The notes under the pieces: model-generated
The model's input: the letters and a program-made list of their open reading frames with translations, nothing else
What the model was told of the DNA's origin: nothing
Databases searched by the model: none
Made by a program: the position numbers and the translations under genes
Part shown: piece after piece, positions 16,228 through 25,300 of the stretch
Layout of the letters: every line of letters starts with the position of its first letter
Numbering within the stretch: position 1 is the stretch's first letter
DNA from: a virus
Taxonomy: Duplodnaviria > Caudoviricetes
Virus record (IMG/VR): IMGVR_UViG_3300046782_000832
Location: 1 to 25,962 of that record
DNA length: 25,962 bases
Direction: 5' to 3' (one strand)

Positions 16228-18291
16228 ATGCCGTCCGTCGTTGTCGCCGATTTCAAATACGGGCTCGACCGGCGCCGCCCAAGAGCTGCCACGCCGCCCG
16301 GCACCCTCTGGACACTGAACAACGCCGTCATCTCTCGTGGCGGTGATATCGAGCGCTCCAAGAAGTGGGTGTCGACCTACACGCTCCCCGCCGGCACCTT
16401 CGGTCTTTCCAACATCAACGGACAACTGACCGTGTTCGGCTCGGCCAACCTCGCCGGTTCCATGCCGGTCGGCGTGCAGTACCAGCGGTTGGACCCCGGC
16501 ACGACCATGACGCGCCTGCTCAAGGTGACCGTGTTCGCGGGCCAGTACTACGTTATTGCCGAATATAACGACGGCAATATTCATCATTGGTACAACGGCG
16601 TGTCGATGACGGCTTGGGACGCACTCTCCGACGCCAACTCTTCACAGACGACGCTCGCGGCCTATCTCGCGAGCAAGATCGACGGCGACCAGGCAGTGCG
16701 CGCGACGGCGTCTGGCTCCGACATCTTGATCACGGCCGATGTCCTCGGTATCCCGTTCACGGCGACGTCCGCCGTCGCAGGGCCTTCGACGATCACCCTC
16801 ACGACGCTTCAGGCCAACGTTCCGGCCGTCGCCGAGGCGCGCTCGAGCGGCACGCTGACCATCACTTCCGGCGTGACCGGCACCCTGATGGATCTCACCA
16901 TTTCCGGTGTTCACCTCATCCTGGCACCGGTGCCCTACCTCATCGACAACGCCACGACCGCGAACGCCGTGGCGGTGGAGATCACCAACAACACCTCGAC
17001 CAGCGGCTACCAGGCTATCGTTACGGGCAACGTCGTCACGGTGCTTGCGGCCACCGGCACCGGCGCCACGCCCAACGGCCTGGTCATCGTGCCGACGGTC
17101 TTCGGTGCCTTTGGCATCACGACCACGGCTTTCGCTGGCGGCGTAACCGCGGTGGCTCCCGTCGCCCAGGTCGTTCGCGCTACGCTGGGCGGCACTTATG
17201 CGACCAACTCCACCTATTCGATCACGATCGCCGCCGCGGTGACTACGAATTACTTTGCTACCGGCCGGGCTTCCGGCTATGGCACTTCCGCCTTCACCTA
17301 CAAGCAGCGGATTTATTTCCCTGCCGGAAATCTCCTTCGCTATTGCGCACTATCCGATCCGACCGTCATGACCGGCGGGCTTCCAGCATCGGGCCCAGGC
17401 TTCATCTCCGTTGCCAATGATTCTGAAGGCAGCGACCCCATGCTGTGCCTCGCGCCATACCAAATCTATGTGGCGTTGTTCTCCCGCCGTAGCATCCGCA
17501 TCTACGACCTGCAGTCGGACGCGACGCAAACGAACTTCCGCAACCCGTTGCAGAACACCGGTACGCTCGCGCCGAATTCGGTCCTCTCTTACGGCAACAC
17601 CGACGTGTTCTATTTCGACGACACGGGTGTACGAAGTGTCCAATCGCGTGACGTGATCAACACGCCGTTTGTCGGCGATGTCGGGAGCCCCATCGATCTC
17701 CTCATTCACGATTGGTATTCGACCGTCGGAGAGGTCGTAGCATCGCGTGCCTGTTCCGCGATCGAGCCGCTCGACGGCCGCTTCATGATGGCGATCGGCA
17801 GCGATATTTTCACGTTGAGCTATTTCCCGAATTCTAAGGTGACGGCGTGGAGCGTACAGCAGCCGGGCTTTACCCCGACGGATTTCACGGCGAGCAAGCG
17901 CCAGCTTTACGCGCGCTCGACGATCGGCGGCGGCGCCAACGATACGATATACCTCTATGGCGGGCTCAACGGGACGACCTATGCCGATGCCGGCGAGCTC
18001 ACATCGCTCATCGAGACGTCGTTCGTCTCCGCGCAGTCGCTCGACAAGACCAAGGCCTGGACCGATTTCTCGATGGCCTGCCAGAACACCTGGGACATCT
18101 ATTTGCTGGTCGATCCCGACGATGACACCAGGACCATTCACATCGGCAAGGTTAGCAAAAACGCTTACGACTTAACTAGCATCCCCATGGTCGGCGAATT
18201 CCCCTATGTGGCGGTGCGCGCCATCTGCACGGCGGCAGGCCCTGCCAGCATCTCCAACATGACCCTGGGCTACACGGTGGATGAAGAATGA
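16228..18291 (+). CDS. Tail nozzle protein (tail tubular B / P22 gp10-like beta-propeller) with large insert
   Basis: 687 aa. N-terminal DFKYGLDRR...LNNAVI.RGG.IE motif and propeller-blade-like segments (YKQRIYF, GTLAPNSV..YGNTDVFYFDDTGVRSV, VTAWS). Follows the adaptor. Confidence 0.8.
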   Translation: MPSVVVADFKYGLDRRRPRAATPPGTLWTLNNAVISRGGDIERSKKWVSTYTLPAGTFGLSNINGQLTVFGSANLAGSMPVGVQYQRLDPGTTMTRLLKVTVFAGQYYVIAEYNDGNIHHWYNGVSMTAWDALSDANSSQTTLAAYLASKIDGDQAVRATASGSDILITADVLGIPFTATSAVAGPSTITLTTLQANVPAVAEARSSGTLTITSGVTGTLMDLTISGVHLILAPVPYLIDNATTANAVAVEITNNTSTSGYQAIVTGNVVTVLAATGTGATPNGLVIVPTVFGAFGITTTAFAGGVTAVAPVAQVVRATLGGTYATNSTYSITIAAAVTTNYFATGRASGYGTSAFTYKQRIYFPAGNLLRYCALSDPTVMTGGLPASGPGFISVANDSEGSDPMLCLAPYQIYVALFSRRSIRIYDLQSDATQTNFRNPLQNTGTLAPNSVLSYGNTDVFYFDDTGVRSVQSRDVINTPFVGDVGSPIDLLIHDWYSTVGEVVASRACSAIEPLDGRFMMAIGSDIFTLSYFPNSKVTAWSVQQPGFTPTDFTASKRQLYARSTIGGGANDTIYLYGGLNGTTYADAGELTSLIETSFVSAQSLDKTKAWTDFSMACQNTWDIYLLVDPDDDTRTIHIGKVSKNAYDLTSIPMVGEFPYVAVRAICTAAGPASISNMTLGYTVDEE

Positions 18292-18785
18292 CGATAGTCA
18301 TTCACAACGCGAGTACGGCCGAGATCCGCGAGGTGTTCGCGAATCTTTCGGACGTCTCGCGCGCGGAGATGATGCGCGAGAAAGAAGAGCCCGATTTCGA
18401 GGTTTCTCGCGTCTTTTGCATCCGCGATGAGCTAGGCCCGCTCTTCGTCTTCGGGTTCGGTGCATGGAAGCCCGGGGAATGGTGCACGAGCTTCGGCGGC
18501 ACCCAACGCTATTTCGACATGGGCGCGGCAGGGGTGAGGCTCCTGCGCCGTTTCGTGAGAAAGCTGATGGCCGATCATCCAGGCGGCATCTTCATCAGCC
18601 GCACGCGATCGACGCATCCTCAAGTCGTCCGCTGGTATCGCCTGCTCGGCGGCCGATTTATCGGCTGCGAGAACGGCCGCTCTACTTTCCGATTTGAACC
18701 AATCTATGATAGCTTGCCGTCGGCGCGTAACGACCGGTCGTCGCGCCACCGGGCCAACAGTCTGATGAGGGCCCCTCATGTGTGA
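18288..18785 (+). CDS. GNAT-fold-like protein (T7 gp13-like position)
   Basis: 165 aa. Beta-beta-beta-helix-beta layout ending HPQVVRWYRLLGG, which resembles GNAT motif B. Located between the nozzle and the internal virion genes. Confidence 0.6.
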   Translation: MTIVIHNASTAEIREVFANLSDVSRAEMMREKEEPDFEVSRVFCIRDELGPLFVFGFGAWKPGEWCTSFGGTQRYFDMGAAGVRLLRRFVRKLMADHPGGIFISRTRSTHPQVVRWYRLLGGRFIGCENGRSTFRFEPIYDSLPSARNDRSSRHRANSLMRAPHV

Positions 18786-19623
18786 CGTAGCAAGCATGCT
18801 TGGCGGGGGCAATGCCCACACTCAACGCCTGATCGCCATCCAGCAGGCGCAGCAGCAGAGAGACGAGGCCGCAGCGCTACAGGCCCAGCAAGATCGGCTC
18901 TACGCCCAGCAGAAGGCGGCGCAGGATGCGCAGAACGCCGCCCAGCAGCAGCAATTCCAGCAATCGCTGGACGTCGCCAACAGGGCGCAGACGGCCGCCG
19001 ACACGTCGGCCGCCAAGAGGACGGCCGATGTCACCGCGAACAACGCGGCGATCGATCAGCAATTCGGTCAGTTCGACGACAATTACTACAACAACCTGGT
19101 GAAATCCTACCAGGACGTCAACGATCCCGCAGTGAAGACTGCAGCGGCCAATGCTCGTGACCAATTGGTGGCGTCGCTGGCCGGCCGCGGGCTCGCCGGC
19201 TCTTCCGTCTCGGCGCAGAAACTTTCCGACGTCGACCAGACCACCAACAAGGCACTCGGTGACATCTCGAGCCAAGGCGCGGACCTCGCCAACACCTTGC
19301 GCGGGCGGGTGGCGACGACGCGAGGTAATCTAGCGCAACAGGCGCTGACGGCGGAAGATCCGGCGTCCTTAGGGACTTTGGCAAATGCCAATGCCACTGC
19401 TCTCGCGAGGTCCGGCGTGTCGCAGGCCGGCATCCCCTCACCGTCGGTGACACCGGTCGCCGGCTCGACACAGACGCCGGTGTCGAGCCTATTTGCCTCG
19501 TTGGTGCAGCCTTTCCAGACGGCCGCTTTAGCCAACATGAATTCCGGTGTCGGGTTGTCGGCACCAACCGGCGTCAAGGCGCCGGTGCCGAGCGCGACCG
19601 GCTCCAGTTACGTCACGACGTAA
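18778..19623 (+). CDS. Putative internal virion/ejection protein 1 (Met-Cys-Asp start)
   Basis: 281 aa; Gln/Ala-rich helical protein with an LAGRGLAGSS motif; GAGG RBS. Confidence 0.65.
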   Translation: MCDVASMLGGGNAHTQRLIAIQQAQQQRDEAAALQAQQDRLYAQQKAAQDAQNAAQQQQFQQSLDVANRAQTAADTSAAKRTADVTANNAAIDQQFGQFDDNYYNNLVKSYQDVNDPAVKTAAANARDQLVASLAGRGLAGSSVSAQKLSDVDQTTNKALGDISSQGADLANTLRGRVATTRGNLAQQALTAEDPASLGTLANANATALARSGVSQAGIPSPSVTPVAGSTQTPVSSLFASLVQPFQTAALANMNSGVGLSAPTGVKAPVPSATGSSYVTT

Positions 19624-20571
19624 ATGTGTGACCCGATCACCTTAGGCCTGCTGGGCGCGAGCACCGCCGCTTCCGTCGCCGGCGGGGCGATGACCAATGC
19701 TGCAACGCAAAAGAACAATCGCAATGCGGCGATTGCGGCGTCGCAGCAGAACGCCGAGAACTTCCAGTACAACCTTGCCGACCAGCAGCGCTGGGGCGAC
19801 TATCAGCAGCAAGTCAACCTCGCCAACCTGAAGCAGATCGCCCAGGATTCAGCCGCGGCCAACGCCGAGAATATTCAAAGAGACAAGGCGATCGGCGCCT
19901 ATGACGTCAACCAGGGCACCAACGACAAGACGATCAGTGACTTGATCTCGCGTTTCAGCGGGCCCAACCAGGCTGCGGCCTATGACAAGGCCGCCATAGG
20001 GCGCACCACCGCCGTCAATGCCAACATGCTGCCCACACAGCCGATCACCGCGGCCGAGACTGGCGCCAACGCCTCGCCAGCCGTCGCCGAAGCGTTCCGC
20101 AACGCGGCGGCGACCGGCGATGCCGCAACTCGCGCCCGCAACGTGGCGTCGGGCAATCTCGGTGCCTACAGCGACCAGTGGACCGGCAACGACGCCGCGG
20201 TGGCGAAAGCCGGCAGCGACATCGCCAACATCAACGCCGCCGCCAACCTGACGAGCCAGATGCTGCCGGGGCAGCAGCAGCTCGCCGGCTTCAAGGAGCA
20301 GCCGCCCATAGCGACGCCGTTCCCGACCCAGGCGCCGGCGCCGCCTGCGCCAGTGTATCAAGCGCCGCCGGTGACGTCGGGAGCCGGCGCGGCTTTGACG
20401 GGACTGGGCCAGTTAGGTGGTGCCATCGCCGGTTCCGGCAAGGCGCCGGCAATAGCCAACAGCCTGGGCAATCTGTTCAACACGACGACGGGCTATCTGA
20501 GTGGTCTCGTCCCGACGACGCCAGCCGCCGTCGGAACAGCCGCCTACGGCCGCGCCGCAGGACCGATCTAG
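19624..20571 (+). CDS. Putative ejection protein 2 (T7 gp14-like; Met-Cys-Asp-Pro start)
   Basis: 315 aa; MCDP followed by a Gly/Ala hydrophobic helix, a Q/N/A-rich core and a second Gly-zipper-like segment near the C-terminus. Confidence 0.7.
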   Translation: MCDPITLGLLGASTAASVAGGAMTNAATQKNNRNAAIAASQQNAENFQYNLADQQRWGDYQQQVNLANLKQIAQDSAAANAENIQRDKAIGAYDVNQGTNDKTISDLISRFSGPNQAAAYDKAAIGRTTAVNANMLPTQPITAAETGANASPAVAEAFRNAAATGDAATRARNVASGNLGAYSDQWTGNDAAVAKAGSDIANINAAANLTSQMLPGQQQLAGFKEQPPIATPFPTQAPAPPAPVYQAPPVTSGAGAALTGLGQLGGAIAGSGKAPAIANSLGNLFNTTTGYLSGLVPTTPAAVGTAAYGRAAGPI

Positions 20572-22341
20572 ATGGCCAATATCATCGGTCAGCGTATCGC
20601 CATGCCGCAGATCGCGGCGCCGCAAGCCGCGCAGGCGCAGTTACTGCAGGTTCCGGCCGATGCGCCGCCGGCAGTCGGTTCACTCGGCGGATTGTTTCAG
20701 GGGCTGGCCGGGCCGTTCATGGACACGGCATCACGCGACTACAAGAACGCCGAGACGGCACGGGCGCTTCTGCAAGGAACGCAGCTTCGGCAGGGCATCC
20801 AGGGCAAGCAGTCGCTGGCCGATTTCGTCAAGAGCGGCGGCGACATCGCTTCCAACCCGGCACTTGCATCAGCCATCCTCGGCGACGTGTCGGCCGCGAA
20901 CCTCGCCGGATATCGCCGGTCCCAGGTCTATGACGATCAGGGCAATCCGGTCGGCGGCGATGTCGCGACACGGGCTTCGCTGGCGGCCGGGGAACCTTAC
21001 GGCTCGACCGTCGCCGGCACCAATCAGGCCGAGGCCAATCGCCTCCTGATCAATGATTTGATCACCAAGCGTCAGGCCGCTGCGCAGGAGCGCGCCGCGC
21101 AGATCACTGCCCAGGGACGAATTCAAGAAGCCGGACTCGAGCCGGTCATCGGCGTCGACGCTAACGGCAATCCAACCTGGACCACCAAGGCCGCGATCGG
21201 CGGCGGCACGACGCCAGCCGGCGTCACTCCGGCGCAAAGCGAGGATCAGATCAAGGCGCTGCTGCTCAAGCAATGGATGACCGGTGGCGCACCAGGGACG
21301 GCCCCGGCCGCACCGACGCTCACGACGGCCGCGCCGGCGGCACCAGGCGCCACGCTCGATGTGAATGCGCCGTTGCCGGCAAGCGCGACTGCGGCTCCAG
21401 TCGCGCCGCGGCAATCTCGCGATCTCACGCAAATGCCGACCGATCTGCGCGCACTGCTCAATCTGCCGCACTCGCCGCAGACCTTTATCAATCCGCAGAC
21501 CAACGAGGTGGCTACGTCGCAGGACGGTGGCCAGACCGGCATCACGACGGACGGCAGGCGCGTCAACCTGCTTGGCGGCGGCTTCGTGCAGGCCGGACCG
21601 GAGACGGGCGTGCAGGAATCCCGCAATGCCGTGGCCAGAGGCGCAGCCGCTGCCCCTTCGCAATATGCGGGCCTCAATCCGCTGCAAGGCGACGTCGCCA
21701 GGGCTGCTCTTGTCGCATCCGGCCTGCCGGCTGCGGTGCGCTCCCACGTCAATGCGGCGGTCGGCGCCGTCACCGGCGGCGCGCTGCCGGAGCTCGATCC
21801 GCAAACGGAGCGGGCGCGGCAGGCGCTGGCTATCTTCGACCAGACCATCAAGCCGGCGCTCCTCAACTCGGCGGCCAAGGGCTCGAAGGAACAAGCCATC
21901 GTGCAAGGGATGTTGCCGAGCGGCAGCGCCTTTGCCAACCCCGAGACGGTGGCGCGCAACGTCGGGCAGATCCATGCCTATCTGCTGCAGCAGAACGGGA
22001 TCATCCGCAACGTCATCCAGACGACGGCAAGCCCGCAGATCATGCAGGATTACCAACAGCGTCTCACCGAGAACGAGGCCGCGCTGGCCGCGCTCACGCA
22101 AGGCTCTGCGGGGCGAGCAGCGGCAGCGGGACGGCCGGCACCAGCCGCACCGGCTGTGCCAGCCGCACCGACTGCGGCGCCAACTGGATTGCCGGCTGGC
22201 GTCACGGCAGACCAGGCCATCGCCGAAGCGCAGTCCGCCATCAAGGCCAACCCGCAGGCGCGCGAAGCCATCATGGGCCGCCTGCGCAACTGGGGCATCG
22301 ACCTCAACACCGCGCAGCCGGCCACCGGCGGAACCTTCTAG
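20572..22341 (+). CDS. Putative ejection protein 3 (gp15-like position)
   Basis: 589 aa; Ala/Gln/Gly-rich, no Cys, Pro/Ala linkers; AGGA RBS. Confidence 0.65.
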   Translation: MANIIGQRIAMPQIAAPQAAQAQLLQVPADAPPAVGSLGGLFQGLAGPFMDTASRDYKNAETARALLQGTQLRQGIQGKQSLADFVKSGGDIASNPALASAILGDVSAANLAGYRRSQVYDDQGNPVGGDVATRASLAAGEPYGSTVAGTNQAEANRLLINDLITKRQAAAQERAAQITAQGRIQEAGLEPVIGVDANGNPTWTTKAAIGGGTTPAGVTPAQSEDQIKALLLKQWMTGGAPGTAPAAPTLTTAAPAAPGATLDVNAPLPASATAAPVAPRQSRDLTQMPTDLRALLNLPHSPQTFINPQTNEVATSQDGGQTGITTDGRRVNLLGGGFVQAGPETGVQESRNAVARGAAAAPSQYAGLNPLQGDVARAALVASGLPAAVRSHVNAAVGAVTGGALPELDPQTERARQALAIFDQTIKPALLNSAAKGSKEQAIVQGMLPSGSAFANPETVARNVGQIHAYLLQQNGIIRNVIQTTASPQIMQDYQQRLTENEAALAALTQGSAGRAAAAGRPAPAAPAVPAAPTAAPTGLPAGVTADQAIAEAQSAIKANPQAREAIMGRLRNWGIDLNTAQPATGGTF

Positions 22342-25300
22342 ATGGCCGGTCTGTTCGACGATCTGGTCGCGCCCGGTGCACCGGCGGTGCCTGCCGCAGC
22401 GCCCCCGCGGACAACCGGCCTGTTCGACGACCTGGTAGCGCCCAACGCCAAGCCTCAGGTGCCGCTGCCGCAAGGTGCCGTCCCAGTGCCGTCGACGCCT
22501 GCCGCACAGCCTGGCTTCGGCCTGATCGACGCCGCGGCGCAAGCCGACAAGGCCGACGCCGCCGGCGGCTACAAGCGCGGCGAGATCGACCCGCTCACCG
22601 ACAAGCCCGTCGAACGCCCATTCGAGTTTGGCCGCACCGGCATGGCGGCGCTCGAGGGCGCGAATCGGGCTGCCGCATCCATGCTGCTGGCACCATCCGC
22701 GGCCGGCCACGTCATCGGAGCGCAACTTGCCAAGCTTCTCGGGCTGCCGGCGCCGTTCGATCAGCCAGCGGCTGCCTACCAAGAGCTCATTAACCGTGAC
22801 CCGGTGCAGCCGGAGAACGTCTACGAGCGTGGCGCCATGCGTGGTGGCAATCAGGCGATGTTGAACCTGCCGCTGGCAGCCGCGGCACCGGCCTTCGGCG
22901 CGGCCCTGACGGCTTCACGCACGACCCCGTTCTGGGAAATGCCGATCTGGAAGCAGGCGGCCACGACCGTCGCCGAAACCGGTGCGGCAAAGCCAGGGAG
23001 TTTCGTGGCTGGTGACGTGGCGGCCAATATCGGTTCCGGCGTCGGCGCGGAAGTCGGGAAGGAAAATCTAGGGACAGGGGGCGAGCTCATCGGTGGCGCG
23101 CTTGGCGGCGTGCTTCCGGCTGCCTATCCCAAATGGATCAGCCCTACCGGCATCATCGCCCGGGCTGTCGCCAAGGTCGCGCCTGGCATCGTCGATGCCG
23201 CCGCCGGCTCCGTGCCGGGTGTCGCCGAGCGAGGGATTCTAGCTACCCAATACGCCAACCGTGAAGGCGTCTTTGCCGATCCAGCGGTGCCAAACCCCAA
23301 TTCCGGCTCATGGGTGAAGGAAGCGCTTGCCGCGGCTGCCGAGCGCCAATCGGCGAAATTGCAAAGCCGTGTCGCCGGCAATTTGAGCCAGGCGCAGGCC
23401 GCGCCTGGCGCACAAGGAAACCTCGACGAGGCCGCTGCACTGCGGCAGCAGATTCCTGGCTTCAATCCAAGCGTCGCCAAGTCGATGAATTCGCAGCCGC
23501 TGCTCAATATGGAGCAAACGCTCGGCCAGACAGCGACCGGAGACGAGTTGACGGCGCTGCGTGCACGTGGCGCAGAGAACGCCGCCGCCATCAACGCCTT
23601 TGGCGGCGGCCGTGTGCCGCCGGTGCAAGGCGCCGCGCCGGCCGATCAGCAGGTGATCGATCTCTTGACCCGACAAGCGCAAGCCGCCGATCGCGCCGCA
23701 GCACAAGGTCCGGCTACCATCGAGAACCAGATCCGCGATGCGACGGCCGCGTTGCCGGAGCGGCCTGTGTTCCAGACCGGTGAGCAGATCCGCGGCGCAA
23801 CGGACGTCGCCGAGCGGGCCATGAACGCGCAAGTGCAAGCGCGTCGCGCCGCCATCGATCCAACCGGCACTTTCCGCGAGCCGACGACGAATTTATACAA
23901 CGCCATCGTCGGCCGGCTCAATAACATCGGCACGGATCTCACCGACGCGGTGATCCCGCCGAAGGTTCGCGAAATTTTAGGTAACGTTCGGCCGCAAGCG
24001 ATTCTCGATGCACAAGGCAATCCCGCCGGCCGTGTCGCACCGACCTACGACATCAACAGCCTGCTCACCGCGCGCGAGCAGGTCGGCCAGAGGCTAAGGA
24101 CGCTACAGGCCGGCAATCAGCCGGCATCGATGTCGGGTGCCGATACGCTGCGCGCCGTCCGCGATGCGATCGACGCCGAGGTCGAGCGCATCTCGCAAGC
24201 GCCGACACCTGGTCCGCAAGCGCCGCAAGCGCCAGTGCCCGGTCTGCCAGCACCGCAAGAGCGCATCTCCGGCCCGCAAGCGCCTGCAGCTGCTGTCGAT
24301 CCCATGCGGCAAGCCGGATTTAAATTCGCAACTGATTACTTGGCCCGGTTGAAATCCGTCAGCCAGGAAGATTTGCAGAACCTGATTGCCGATGCAGAAA
24401 AACAGGTCGTCAGGCACGCAAGAACCGAAGCAGAAAGCCAACAATACCGGCAGGGGCTGACAGACGTCTACAGAAAGGCGCTGGCGGACGCCCAGGGTGC
24501 GCCCTCCGGCGCAACGCCGGGGGGCCCTGATGTGCCGACCGTAACGCCGACCGCCCGCGGTGCGGCGCCTGGCGCGCCATTGCCGCCCGAACAGCCGAGC
24601 ACCATCCAGAGCCGGCTGGCCGATTACAACCAGTTCTACCGGGAACAATATGTGCCGCGCTTCCGGCAGGATCTCGGCGCGGAACTCGGCAAGAACCGGG
24701 CAAGCGGCCAAGAGGCCATCAAGAGTGAAGACATCGCGCCAAGGCTGCTCGCGCCGAACGCCGTCTCCGAGATGCGCCAGTTCAATTTGATCCACGGCGA
24801 AGATCCAGCGGCACGCGACACCGTCATCAATGCCGCCCTCGACGACATTCGCCGCACCAGCGTCGGTCCGAATGGCATGTTAAACCCTGACGCCGTAACG
24901 GCATGGACGAAGGCGCATTCGCGCATTCTCGACGAAGCCCCTTGGTTGCGCGAGGCCGTGGCCGGGCGCGACCCATCTCAACTCTACCAGCGGCTAGGCG
25001 AGGCCGAGGCGGCTCGCCGTGCTACCGCCGACCAGAACCTCACCAGCATGCTCGGCAAGCAGCCGCATGAGGTCATCGACGCCGGACTGAAAGATCCACG
25101 CACCATGCAGCAGCTGGCCGCCAATGCCCGCGCCGCGGGGCCGGACGCCGAAGCCGCACTACGCCGGGCGGTCTGGGAGAGGGCAACCGGCGCCGGCGGC
25201 GGTGAAGACAGCGCTTTACCGGACCCGACCAAGCTCCGCAAATTCATGACGGACAATGCCCCCTCTCTGAGCCATGTGCTGTCGCCGGAACACATGAGCG

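Noticed and set aside
20869-22793. Long overlapping ORFs (637 aa minus strand; 506 and 357 aa in other plus frames)
   Set aside because: Arg/Pro/Gly-rich shadow translations expected from a very GC-rich Ala/Pro-coding gene; no motifs or convincing RBS.
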